A stretch of 64,000 nucleotides of DNA from positions 24,926,001-24,990,000 of the forward strand of contig CM059432.1 of the NCBI GenBank assembly GCA_030390025.1, read 5' to 3'. Position 1 is the first letter of the stretch; every line of letters starts with the position of its first letter. The notes under the pieces are model-generated. The model saw only the letters and a list, made by a program, of their open reading frames with translations, was not told the DNA's origin and ran no database searches. Position numbers and translations under genes: made by a program. Below, one piece after another: positions 51,322-64,000 of the stretch. Origin of the DNA: Squalus acanthias (taxonomy: Eukaryota).

Positions 51322-51633
51322 GCTATTGCACCTCCAAAGCTCGTGACCTCTACCACCTAGAAGGACAAGGGCAGCAGGTGCATGGGAACACCACCACCTC
51401 CAAGTTCCCCTCCAAGTCACATACCAACCTGACTTGGAAATATATCACTCTTGCTTCATCGTTGCTGGGGCAAAATCCTGGAATTCCCTACCTATCAGCA
51501 CTGTGGGAGCACCTTCACCACACGGACTGCAGCGGTTCAAGAAGACTCACCACCACCTTCTCAAGGTCAACTAGGGATGAGCAATAAATGGCGGCCTCGC
51601 TAGCGACGCCCACATCCCGAGAATGAATTTTAA
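51322..51633 (+). mobile_element. 3' end of the 2352-3323 LINE family
   Basis: Reverse complement of ~2355-2660, ending CCCACATCCCGAGAATGAATTTTAAAA. Confidence 0.8.
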
Positions 51634-52239
51634 AAACTCTTCTGCTGCGAGTTCCCCCTCCTGTTTTAGTGAGTGGTGTGTGCTCCATGTGTTCTCTGCA
51701 GTCCTGATGGCGGCCTTGGAGGACTGGACACCAATGCTCGGCTTATCACGTGGTCGTCTACCCATTGTTGGCACAGATAGGAAAATGAAGACAATTACAG
51801 GATTCAGGAATTTTAGTTGTGGGTAAAGCCCATGTTAGTTGGGCTCACTTTCATGAGGGGAAAAAAAGACTTCAAGGTGACCTCATTTATGTTTAAGATT
51901 TAGAAGGGAATTGATAAAGTGGTTCCAGCTATTATTTATTATTATTTAGGTTTTAAATACCAGGGTCACTGGTTAAAAATTAAGTTCAGAGTAAGAATGG
52001 TAATCAAGTGGCACTCAAAGGATCAATGACCTTGGAATTTTCAGGGAAGGGCATTGAAACATTATAATCCACATGCGCGGATTTTTGAATGGGCCGCACG
52101 GCCCAAAATAAATTAGAGGGAACATTGGTGTCCAGTCCTCCACCTGTGAGTAAAATCACTGAAAATTACTTAAAAAAAAACTATACTGAACCATTTAATA
52201 GTTTCATTGGTGTACACTAGTCAGTTCTTAGTAAATTAA

Positions 52240-52967
52240 GGGGTAAAAATTGGATAGCGCGCCCTTTGGGGTGCTACCTTCGCCGGGGCGTTAATTTTAG
52301 CGCTCCGAAAAAGTTAGCGCCCCCGCGGCTGATTTTCCCAGGTAGCGCCCCGAGAGGGAGGAGGGGCGCTACTGGAAGTGCCCCGCGTCCCTCTTGGGGC
52401 GCTATGAGCCAATATCACGGCACTACGTGCTGCAGTACTGCAGGCCTTCCTCCCCTTATTAAAGGGGAGGGGCCTGGCACAGCGCGTCCCGGCGCCCAGC
52501 TGGGCCAGCAGGGATCGGGAGTGCCGGCAAACGAGCCCGGCAATCAAGAGGAGTGCCAGGCTCACGGAGAGCAGCCAACACCCCACGGGGGGGGCTTCAC
52601 GGGGGTCGGGGACAGCAACGGGGGCAGGTGCTGGCAGGCGGCCAGCAACAAAAATGGCCGCCCGCCACTTCCACTGTAACTAGCGCCGCCCCGACCGCAG
52701 GTCGGCCCCGCTGACCCCGGTGGACATAGCGTCCGGCGGTAAGTCGGGGGGCGCCACCCAATATTACAGCCGGGGCACGAGTGGGGCGCTATGTACGGCG
52801 ATGATGTCATCGCCGGCAGCGCAGCGCCGTGCGGCGCTAACGGCGTTAACCTCCGCTGAATTTTGCGGGAGTCATTAGTGGTGCCGCGCCCAAGCGCTAG
52901 TTGATTTGCGCCCCGTTAGCACCCTCTTAGGGCGCTAACAGGAGGCGCAAATCAACCGAATACCCCC
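52240..52967. mobile_element. GC-rich non-autonomous PIF/Harbinger element
   Basis: GGGGTAAAAATTGG..CCGAATACCCCC termini with TAA TSD (52237-52239, 52968-52970). Colinear with 4686-5435. Confidence 0.82.
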
Positions 52968-53609
52968 TAAATATTTTTGGTATGAAAAAACTTTGATAAC
53001 GTGCTTACTAATGCCTGTATTCTAAAAAAAATGAGCACAATTGAGTCTCCCCAAACCAGCATAATTGGCAGAATCTTGCAATTGTGACAGGGGCCATGGC
53101 CAGTTTTATGGGCGGGGCCTGATACGGGCATGTTGAATCTTGACCCAGTGTAAAAAGTCGCGAAAACACGAGTGTAAGTGGTATTGGCCATAATTCGGTA
53201 ATGTTTAAAATTTTCTGAATTTTTGCGCTGGTTCGGCCTATTCCGCCCAGATTGCGTTGATATTACTAGCGTAAACTTGAGCCCATTGGGGTTAAGAGAC
53301 AGTTGGATGTATTTCTGAGTTGAGTAAGGATTGAGGAATATAATGAGAAGATAGATGAGTGGGGTTGATCTATCACATAGGATAGCCTTAAGAACCTAAG
53401 TTTAGGTTTGAAGTTCAATCTTAAGCTTAAGTTTAATACTGGTGGAAGGAAGGTGTGTCAGTTGCCTCTGGTGACATTAACTATATGATCAGCCATAATC
53501 TCATTGAATGGTGGAGCAGGCTCGAAGGGCCGAATGGCCTACTCCTGCTCCTATTTCTTATGTTCTTGTGTTCTTTTTAGTCTGACATTACAAACTATGC
53601 TACACAATC

Positions 53610-55585
53610 TGTAAGGTTTCCAAAATTTTGGAGATCCCCAAAACCTAAGGAAAAAGGACTTTGGATTTACCTCAGAGTGATAAAAATGCATTTGGACCTA
53701 ACCTAAGGACTTTAAGACCAAAACCCAAGTTGTGGCATTTTAAAACTATATCTGGGCCTGTAAAGGGACAAGGAGGTGGGGTGGACCTCTGTAAAAGCAG
53801 TTTTGGTTATTGCAGTTAATTGCACTGTCTGGGGAACCGGGATGACCCCACTCAAGCCCCAGCAGACATTAACATTTGAACAATAAACCCAGGGACAGTC
53901 CCACCCAAAATACAGGCCCCATCAAAACCGATTATAGGGCCCATCAGAAAACATGCATAATAAAACATCACTCAGGACCATTCTATAGAAAAGACCGAGT
54001 CCAGCCTAGAAACCCAAAACACGAAATCAATCACCAGTGATCAACCAAGGAGATCGACAGGATGCAAACCATCCCAAAAGGCCATTTGACACTGACAGAG
54101 CAGTTACTGGTAACAGGCCCGTCAAAACCAGACAATGAACTGAGTAGATTTGGCAGGTAGATAAGGCCATAGAAACATAGAAACATAGGAGATAGGAGCA
54201 GGAGTAGGCCATTCGGCCCCTCGAGCCTGCTCCGCCATTTAATGAGATCATGGCTGATCATCCAAACTCAGTACCCTGTCCCTGCCTTCTCCCCATATCC
54301 CTTGATACCTTTAGCCTTAAGAAATATATCTAACTCCTTCTTGAATATATTTACTGACTTGGCCTCAACTGCCTTCTGTGGTAGAGAATTCCACAGGTTC
54401 ACCACTCTCTGGGTGAAGAAATTCCTCCTCATCTCAGTCCTAAATGGCTTACCCCTTATCTTTAGACTGTGACCTCTTGTTCTGGACTCCCCCACCATCG
54501 GGAACATCCTTCCTGCATCCAGTCTGTCTAACCCTGTTAGAATTTTATAAGTTTCAATGAGATCTCCTCTCATTCTTCTAAACTACTGCGAGTATAAGCC
54601 CAATTGACCCAATCTCTCCTCGTACGTCATTCCTGCCATACCAGGTATCAGTCTGGTGAATCTTCGCTTCACTCCCTCCATGGCAAGAACATCCTTCCTC
54701 AGATAAGGTGACCAAAACTGCACACAATACTCAAGGTGTGGTCTCACCAAGGCCTTGTACAGCTGCAGCAAGACATCCTTGTTCCTGTACTCAAACCCTC
54801 TCGCTACGAAAGCCAACATACCATTTGCCTTCTTAACCGCCTGCTGTACCTGCATGCTTACCTTCAGCGACTGGTGCACAAGGACACCCGGGTCTCGTTG
54901 CACTTCCCTTTCTCCCAATCTATTGCCGTTCAGATAATAATCTGCCTTTCTGTTTTTGCCACCAAAGTGGATAACCTCGCATTTATCCACATTATACTGC
55001 ATCTGTCATGCTTCTGCCCAATCACCCAACCTGTCCAAATCATACTGGAGTTTCTCGGCATCCTCCTCGCAGCACACACGCCCACCCAGCTTTGTGTCAT
55101 CTGCAAACTTGGAGATATTACATCTAGTTCCCTCGTTCAATGTTCAATGGGTGAGATTGAAGGCCTGTTAAAAAACCAGTTAACGCGCTAGTAAATCGTT
55201 ACCGATTTACGAGCCCGCCAAAAACCAGACAATGAACCCAAAACCGCAATTTAGCCCAACTGTCAAAGGATTGGTGAGCATTGTCCCTGGTCCTTCAAAA
55301 CCTAACTTAGCTAGTAAAATGGGGTTGGGAGGGATGAAGTATTGTTCTACTGTCATTTCCCTCGCTTGGACCAAAGTGTTCCCCACCTTTAGAGTGTTAA
55401 GAGTGTTGTCATTTTGTGTTTTACCTTTTGAATAAAGATTGAAGTTCTTTCATCAATCTCAGTTGTCTGCTGCACCTTTTGTCACAACCCCCAAATAAGT
55501 CCAAGGTCTCGAACCAAGGGAGTGGGAGCGATTCGAACCGCTCAGAAGTCAGAGGTAAAGCTGACACAAACCACCACCCCCTACA
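53610..55585 (+). mobile_element. LTR copy A (contains nested CR1)
   Basis: TGTAAGG..CCCTACA termini, AATAAA at 55432; similar to copy B at both ends. Confidence 0.85.
54168..55137 (-). mobile_element. CR1 LINE, 5'-truncated, nested in LTR copy A
   Basis: ORFs 54583-55002 and 54268-54573. CATAGAAACATAGAAA tail. Same subfamily as 12283-15558. Confidence 0.93.
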
Positions 55586-55590
55586 GGGAC

Positions 55591-56877
55591 TGTAAGGTTT
55601 CCAAAATTTGCAGATCCCCAAATACCTAAGGAAAAAGGACTTTGGAACTACCTCAGAGTGATAAAAATGCATTTGGGCCTAACCTAAGGAATTTAAGACC
55701 AAAAACCAAGTTTTGGCATTTTAAAAACATGTCTGGGCCTGTAAAGGGACAAGGAGGTGAGTTCGACCTCTGTAAAAACAGTTTGGTTGTTGCATTTAAT
55801 TGCACTGTCTGAGGAACCGGGATGACCTCACTCAAGCTCCAGCAGACATGAATATGTGAACAATAGACCCAGGGGAAGAGCAGTCCCACCCAAAAGACAG
55901 GCCCCATCAAAACCGATTACAGGGCCCATCAGAAACATGCATAATACAAATCACTCAGACCCATTTCTATGGAAAGACCGAGTCCAGCCTAGAAAACCAA
56001 ACACAAAACCAATCAACTGTAATCAACCAAGGAGATCAACAGGATGCAAGCCATCCCAAAAACTAGTTAACACGCTAGTAAAGTCATTACTGTTAACGAG
56101 GCCTCCAAAATCTTACAATGACCGGGATTTGATTTGGTTTTGATAGGAAGCTTCAATTAGTATAATTGAAAGGCTGTTTTCTCAAGAAGTCAGTTCAGCA
56201 GTTACAACAGTTCAAGTTCGAGTTCTCCAGTAGAGTTACACAGCAGCAAGGAATTCAGCAAGCAGTCCGGCAGAAGACAGTTACAGTTCTGCAAGAAGGC
56301 AGTTCCACAGCTCGGAAGAAGACAGTTACAGTTCTGCAAGAAGGCAGTTCCACAGCTCGGAAGAAGACAGTTTAAACAGAGGCAGAGTTCAACAGAAAGA
56401 AGTTCAACAAAGAAGGCCAACAGCTCCAGAAGTAGGCCGACACGCAAGAAGAGACCAGAGCGACCACCTCAGTGACCTACGGACACCTCACGGCAACAAG
56501 GGCCTTACGAAACTTTTTATTCAAAAGACTCTAAACCCTAACTCTCAACTGTCAAGGATTCGTTTGGTGAGCATTATCCCTGGTTCTCTGGAGTCCAACT
56601 TAGCTAGTGAAGTGGGATTGGGAGGGGTGTAGTACTCTTTTAATGTTATTTCCCTCGCTTGTACCGAAGTGTTCCCCACCTTTAGAGTGTTACGAGTGTT
56701 TGTGTTGTATTTTACTTTCTTGAATAAAGATCGAAGTTCCTTCATCAAACTCAGTTGTCTGCTGCACATTTTATCACAACTCCCAAATAAGTCCAAGGTC
56801 TAGAACCAAGGGAGTGGGAGCGATTCAAACCACTCAGAAGTCAGAGGTGAAGCTGACACAAACCACCACCCCCTACA
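55591..56877 (+). mobile_element. LTR copy B (1287 bp)
   Basis: TGTAAGG..CCCTACA termini, TATAA at 56161, AATAAA at 56723. Followed by AATC matching the AATC before copy A. Confidence 0.88.
56272..56372 (+). repeat. 45-bp tandem repeat (2.2 copies) inside LTR B
   Basis: AGAAGACAGTTACAGTTCTGCAAGAAGGCAGTTCCACAGCTCGGA twice plus a partial unit. Confidence 0.9.
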
Positions 56878-59800
56878 AATCCTGACCAGTTATATTCCAC
56901 AAATGACACTTCCATGGGTCTGGCCCCATGACAATCATTGTGTTTAATGAGGTATTTGATCGTCAATGACAAATTTGGAAATGTTACATTTAGTCCCCTC
57001 ATCCAAACCATTGATATAGATTGTGAATAGCTGGGGCCCAGGGATAATATCCGGGGATATTCATTTGATTACTTCCAGAGATCATGAAATGTATGAATAC
57101 TTTATCCAGTGGTACTACAGTCCAAGATCATTGTACAGAGAAATTGCAAGACTCTGCTCCTCGCATTAAGACTGGAAAATCAGGAATGCTGCAATAGAGT
57201 GCATTGATCTCCACACTCAATTCTCCGAACAGGCAAGACTCCACTCCGGAGAGGAGTGTTGGAAGTTCAGGACTTACATTTCTGCACATACTATTGTTGC
57301 ACTGGCTTTAACCTGTTTATCTTAAATGAGTTAAAGCCTGCCTAAAGATAATGCATACAGGAGAGTAGCGCCAGCGCATTCAGTGTTCATACATGAACTT
57401 CATCATTCACAAGGATGACTGTTTTGTGTAGAACTCCTCCTGAGGTGACACCAGGAAATTCTGCTCCAGTAACATTACAAATGGGACAGCTTTACTCCTA
57501 ATTAAAGAGTTTCATACCTTTCATGATCTCTGGAAGTAATCAAATGAATATCCCCGGATTTTATCCCTGGGCCCCAGCTATTCAGAATCTATATCAATAA
57601 TTTGGATGAGGGGACTAAATGTAACATTTCCAAATTTGTCATTGACAATCAAATACCTCATTAAACACAGTGATTGTCATGGGGCCAGACCCATGGAAGT
57701 GTCATTTGTGGAATATAACTGGTCAGGATTGTATAGCATAGTTTGTACTGTCAGACTAATAAGAACATAAGAAATAGGAGCAGGAGTAGGCCATTTGGCC
57801 CTTCGGGCCTGCTCCGCCATTCAATGAGATCATGGCTGATCATATAGTTAAAGTCACCAGAGGCAACTGACACACCTTCCTTCCACCAGTATTAAACTTA
57901 AGCTTAAGATTGAACTTCAAACCTAAACTTAGGTTCTTAAGGCTATCCTTTGTGATAGTTCAACCCCACTCATCTATCTTCTCATTATATTCCTCAATCC
58001 TTACTCAACTCAGAAATACATCCTGCGGCTTTTACCAGGCGTAAGAATTTGACAGGCATTCAGCGGGTGGAAGTTGTGCAAAAAGCGCAACTCTCCACCC
58101 GCAGAGGCACTTTTCCCAGGCAGGCGAAGATTTGTCAAGAGAATTCTTGACAGATCGCTAGTGCTGGGTTTCAGCGCTTGTGCTTCGCATGCCTGAAACT
58201 GGCACTTGCGCGGCCCCTACGGGCGCGTACACACCCGTGGGGGTCGGAAAATCTGGCCCAATACCTCACATTTATCTGTGTTGAATTTTGGTATCATATT
58301 TGTATCACATTCACTGTGTTACAAAAATGCATAGAGCACTTAGGAAAGAAAATAGATAGTGAGCGAGCTAGTAAAGGGAGCAATGTGGGGTGTCCCAAAG
58401 GCACGGTCAAAGGCAGGATGATTTGTTCGGGGGGGGCGGGGTTTGAAGGTTGGGAGAAAGGAATTAAGAAAAGGGTTGGATCTGTGATCCTGCCCCCAAA
58501 CCGGGTGAGATAGAAGCGGAAACAGTGGGGAAAAATCAGGCGGTGAGGCAGCTCATCGCAAGCTTTCTCCCCTTCACCGTCTTCCACATGTAAATGCTGG
58601 CGGGGAGGCAGGGCCTTGCAAGCCGCTACATTTCCGTGCTTACCGCCACTGTCTCTGCCGACCCCAAAGATCTCCAGGTGAAAGGTGACGGTAGTCCCTG
58701 GGTAACAGCAATATGCACCCTATGCTGCTGTATGAAGGGTGAGGATCTAGTAATGGGCTCTTTTCCCTCCATATAGGCCCCACACATTTATGTTTATAGG
58801 CCTCAGTCTTGGCCAGTGCCTAAAAAAAAAATCTTGCCTTCCTCTTCAGGGTTATTCTGCCACTTCTGGTGCCACTGCGGCCAAGTCGCTGCCGCACTGC
58901 TAGAATTTTCCGCCATGACAGTAGCAGGCTGGAACTCTGACCTTTCATGACCAATCAGCCCCAGTCCAGAAAATAAGCTGTGTTTACAACGGGGTCAGGG
59001 CAGCGGGCAGATGACACGCCTCGCTGTAAAGTGGTCAACGGGAGGAGAATCCCACCAAGCGGGTTTTTTTTGGGAGAGAATTCAAGAGGGTAGGAGACAA
59101 ACAGTAAGCCGGATTCGGAGGTTGCAGGCATAGTGAATGGAAAAGATCACAAAAGGAGGATGGAGCGCTATCCTGAAAGGATTTGAAAACAATACTTACT
59201 TTGCAAGGTGCTTTGCTGTACTGACGCAGCTAGCTTAGATATAAGGGTACATTTTCTCAGTATGTTGCTGCGATGCTGGAAATGCAGCACTGTGATTCTT
59301 TCATTGGCACGAGCTGACCATGGTGGGTCTTTCAGCATTGGCTCTCATTTTGTGTTGAAGGTGAGCTCCCATCCTGGCCAGCACCTTGTGCCAAAAGGGT
59401 GAGGTTCAGGAAACCCAGCACATCATCAGCTCCTGAACAGCTGCACGCCACAATTAAATGGATGCAGCCACTTAAAGGGGAATGGCCACATATGGGGACA
59501 CATTCTTTTTCAGCCTTTCCAAAGGATGCATGGGGCAAATGAAAGGTGGAATCTGTGAGCAACTGAAGGGAGTGCTGCAGCACCCAAATCCACTGTTTGA
59601 TGACTAACAAAGAGGAACATGCTTCAGCAATGAGATGGGTGCAAGGAGCATTCCCATCGTTTGGCACACCAGTGAACCTTCTGCAGTGCAGAGTGCTTTA
59701 TGTACACTACCTGATGGAGCTGGGAACAGAAATAGAGATTGCACGCCTTAAGGAAGCTGCCATGGTAGATGGCTCAAGTCCATGGTTTATGCTGCAAAGT

Positions 59801-60539
59801 GTTGTCAGGTAACCTGTTCCACATTTACTGCTCGTCTACACCAAGTCCTGACACAAGCTGACAGATCTTACATGGCTTACCATGCATAATGGTCCTGCAG
59901 CACACACTCCTGCAGAGGATTACACACAAATGGAGATGAATGTCTGCAAAAATATGAGAAAGCCCATTGCAATGGAAGCATTTACAAGATTTTGCCAGTA
60001 TTGGAAGAGCTTCTCCCACACACAGCCACACAAACATCACAGAGAAGGAGCAGTATCCTAACATGTGGATGGCCACGGAGCTGCTTTCAATGACCCCTGA
60101 ACTTGGGGAAATAAAACCGTGCAATGACATGGCAGGGCAGCCATGTCATGTTCCAATAGCGATTCATTAGGAACAGAGATAAAGATGCTGGCCACACTGT
60201 TGAAGCATCAATCATCTATTTGAGATTTGTGGGAGCAGATCATTGGCTGATACTGAAGATGCCTTTCTAGAAGGAGGTAGAGGCAGAAAGGTTAAGGGTA
60301 ATGGTGGCTTTGACTGCCACTGGCAGTGTCTTTCCTATTCTGCGGGTTGACTACAGGTCACCTTGCAGCAGATAGCACAGGTTTGCGACTGAGTCCATGA
60401 GTAATTGAGGTCGACAGTTCAGGTATTTCTCCTAACAGGTTATTTTCTCATTCTAATAGATTCCCATTCAGGTAAGTATATTTTAAAAACTTACCTTTTT
60501 GGTTGTGGCCTAACTGGCGGTTTGTTTAATGTAGGCAGA

Positions 60540-61705
60540 CATTTCACTATGGTACTGAATGAGTGCTGCCTTGTTGGAGGTGCCATATTTTGTATGAGAT
60601 GTTAAACTGAAGCTCCCTCTGATTGTTCCAGTGATTCAGGTAAACATTAAATTTGGCACTGTTAAAACAGAGCAACAAGTTCTCCCAGAGTCCTGCACAA
60701 CATTAATCTCTCGAACAACACCATCAAAAATAGATTAACTGGTCATTGATCTCATTGCTGTTTGTAAAATGGCTTCCTATGCAATAACAGTCACTACTTT
60801 CAAATTAATTAATTGTACGTGAAGCGCAGACTCGGCGGTTAAGTGGCAGATGAACTTTAACACAGATAAATGTGAGGTGATGCACTTTGGTAGGAAAAAC
60901 AGAAACATCATCTATACCTTAGAAAATAAGAAACTGAATGGAGTAGAAGAGCAAAGGGTTCTAGGGATACAGGTGAACCAATCATTAAAAGCAGCATCGC
61001 AGGTTAGCAAAGCATTTACAAATGCTAACAAAGCACTAGGATTTATTTCTAGGAGGATAGAATTCAATCATAGTGAAGTTATGTCAAACTTGTATAGGAC
61101 CTTGATCAGGTCACACTTTGAGACCTGTGCACAGCTATAAAAAGGACATAGGACTGGGGAAAGTGCAAAAAAGATTTACAAGAATGGTACCAAAACTGAG
61201 AGATTACAGCCAACGGGAAAGATTGAACAGGTTGTGGCTTTTTTCTTTAGAAAATAGAAAACTTAGAGGAAACCTGATAGAGGTCTTTAAAATGGTGAAT
61301 GGGTTGGACAGGGTAGATGTGGAGAGAATGTTTTCACTTGTGGGAGAATCTAAAACCAAGGGCCATAAATACAAGATGGTTACTAATATATCTAATAGGG
61401 AAATAAGGAGAAGTTTCTTTACTCAGAGAGTGGTTAGAATATGGAACTCGCTACCACAGGAAGCTGTTGAGGCAAATAGCTTAGATGTTTTCAAAAGGAA
61501 ACTAGTACATGAGAGAAAAGAGAATAGAAAAATATGCTGAAAGGCTTAGATGAGGTAGATGGAATGGGAGGAGACTTTATGAGTATAAACACTAGCATAA
61601 GCTAGTTGGGCCGAATGGCTTGTTTCTGTGCTGTACATTCTATGCATTTCTATGCTTTGAGATGTTTCTGAGAATTATAATAAGCCATTGTATAAATTCA
61701 AGTTG
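60540..61705 (+). mobile_element. Decayed DeuSINE interrupted by a CR1 3' fragment (60828-61653)
   Basis: SINE tail GTGAAGCGC|TTTGAGATG is split by CR1 ORFs 60850-61140 and 61118-61540 and an ATTCTATG tail. Confidence 0.75.
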
Positions 61706-62249
61706 CTGTTTCTTTGCATCGTTCCCAGTGTTTCTTACATTTGACTTGAGTGTGGTCATATATTATTAATCCCACAATAGTTGTGGTGGTGAAGAACCTT
61801 AAAGTTAGATTTCACCCACAGCGGATAAGGACTTGGGATCTTACCATGGGAAAATTGGATACCACAGTTGCCTACATAACAACCGTGTCTACACTTCGCA
61901 AATAGGCATAATTCATTGGATGTGAAGCACTTTGAAACATCTTGAGAATATGTTTTAAATTCTATATACATGTTCCTAATGAAGTTTACAGTAAATGTTT
62001 ATCAACATAACTGATGGATTTTCAAGTCTAAAGGTAGTTTCAATAAACAGATGTGGTTTGATAATGTTACTTGTATGATGCACACAAAATATTTAACGGA
62101 AAGGACTTCATCATGCATGGTATAAAATTTGGATTGACGACTTGATAGTTGCCAAGTGCTCCGATCACTTAGTGGGAACTTTGTGAATTCTTATTCGAAA
62201 CTAAACCCACATGTATGTTAATGATAGTCCAATGGAGGAACCTGAAAAG

Positions 62250-62590
62250 AGCATCTTGGTGGTTCTGTGGATAAATGCGGTATGTGGTGCTGCACTGAAC
62301 CATACAGATCTGGGATGTCCCAGGTTCAATCCATGAGCTCTCTTGTATTAGGTGATCTTTTTAGATTTTCTACGGCCCTGGATAAAAGAGAGGGAAAAAA
62401 ACTGCTTGCATCCACACTCCTAGAGCTACCCAGTGGCTGACACTTTTATGGAAAGTGTGCATTTGTGGTTGTCAGTGAGGACAGGGTCTGACTCAGCAGT
62501 GAGGCTACCTCCAGTGTTGAATATTTTGATGACACTCACAAATAAAGAATAGTTTTCCAGGTGAGTTACCACCCCATCATAGCTGAATCC
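62250..62590 (+). mobile_element. Degenerate SINE (AmnSINE2-like)
   Basis: GGATAAATGC..ACTGAACCATACAGATC..GTCCCAGGTTCAATCC head plus shared body motifs. Confidence 0.5.
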
Positions 62591-63539
62591 AATCCCAAAT
62601 CCCAGTCCTAGCTCAATACATAATTTTATAGTTTAATTATCTCCCAAGTGATGCACTGGACTATCTTTCATATTCATCTGTTATGAAAGAGCGAACACTA
62701 CAGTCAGCTCTTTTCGAACTTTAAAGAACTTCATCACCGTTGTGACAGCAGTGAGCAGAGCTTTACATGTGTGCTTCAGCATGTGCAGGGAAAGAAAGAG
62801 AATGAAAAGAAAGCAAGAAAACAGCAACGCTTACATAGCACCTAAACATGTCCTCAAGATGTCCCAAAGTACTTTACATGTAATGAATTATGCTTTTCAT
62901 GAAGTGTAGTCACTGTTGTTATTTAGGTAAATATGGCAGTGTAGAGGAGAAGGAAGTCCTCACCAGACCACAGTCCTGTGTATCCTGTGGCCAAACCAAG
63001 AGAGATAGGCATTAGTCTGACAGCTGAATGTGCTGCTGTCCTCTTGGCTGCAGAAGTGCATCATTTCCCTGATGGCAGCTGAAAGGGGAAAAATGTACAA
63101 GGATAATGATGCCTCTCATTAAGGGGCAGATACCTTCATCCCTAAAGGTTAAGTGGAAAAAACAACATTCATTGTAATAATTGATACCAGTATAGAGGGA
63201 ACATGGTTATCTGATGATGGAACATAGACAACCTGACCACATTGTAGTTTGTGGATTGTAAGTTACAATTCTTTAAAGAAATTTGATTATCGCCCAAAAG
63301 AGGCAGTTTATGTAGTGACTCGTGTGTTTAGATAATCATGATAAAATGAAGTTGTCGTACTACGTACTAGATCTGAAGTAACATTTCTTGATGCACGCAT
63401 ACTGTTGCTTTTCCGTGCTATAAAGGCTTAGATATCCATGAGGCAGATACATAGCACTGCTGGATCACCTTACCAAGCCCCAATTAACTTTTAGTCAACA
63501 GTTAACCCAAGTAAACAGAAGACCCACAGGGCTGACCCC

Positions 63540-64000
63540 TAGCATCAGAGGATTGAATTAATGATTTAAAAAAACTGGAGAAACTGGGACTCATTAATTT
63601 GGAAGGTTGAAAGAGAAGTAGGTGTCTTAGTAGACTCAATGCGCAACATGTCCTAGCAACGCAGAGCAGGAATCAACAAAACCAATAGAATATTGAACTA
63701 TATAGCCAAAACAGTAGAAGATAAGTCAGAGGAAGTTGTGATCAAGCTGGTCAGACCACACCTGAATACTATGTGCAGTTCTCAGCACCAAGAAACAAGG
63801 AGGCATTCAACCACTGGAGGCACTGCAGAGAAGCACCACTCGGCTAATTCCAGTGTCAGGGGTTTGAGTTATGAATGAAGAACTGGAGAGACTTGAGTTT
63901 TTCAGCATGAAAAGGAGACATCTGTATGAAAAAGGTTAATTGGGGTTACTACTACAAATTAAGCAGTGGGAGTAGGATAATGGGACACAGGTTCAAACTG
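63540..64000 (+). mobile_element. Old CR1 3' fragment running off the window
   Basis: ORF 63693-63878 KLVRPHL..GLSYE-like; decayed. Confidence 0.6.

Larger units (their letters stand above)
53305..58023. repeat. Inverted duplication: left arm 53305-53609 + 56882-57103, right arm 57504-58023, 400-bp spacer
   Basis: Arms are reverse complements by direct reading (~7 differences over ~215 bp in the inner part). Confidence 0.92.

Noticed and set aside
56272..56372. CRISPR-like repeat or repetitive ORF 56166-56375
   Set aside because: Contiguous tandem duplication with no spacers, inside a eukaryotic LTR.
1..64000. LINE strand bias indicating an enclosing host gene
   Set aside because: Minus-strand excess is limited to the first ~15 kb; over the window the two orientations are about equal.

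Overview
Repeat-dense vertebrate genomic DNA with no recognisable host exon. The repeat repertoire points to a cartilaginous fish (shark-like; inferred, not proven): CR1 and L2 LINEs, DeuSINE/SacSINE1-like and AmnSINE2-like SINEs, Penelope-like fragments and many MITEs. Larger elements are a 3.3 kb CR1 (12283-15558), a structurally complete but mutated two-gene PIF/Harbinger transposon (15666-19837) and a young full-length CsRn1-clade Gypsy LTR retrotransposon (45076-49369). The most unusual structure is a pair of clearly diverged LTRs in tandem (53610-56877), separated by only 5 bp and bounded by one 4-bp TSD. It lies in one arm of a ~0.5 kb inverted duplication whose other arm preserves the empty site. 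Penelope-derived inserts carry minimal type-I hammerhead ribozyme motifs. Family names come from recall of consensus features, no search was run, and divergence figures are manual counts.
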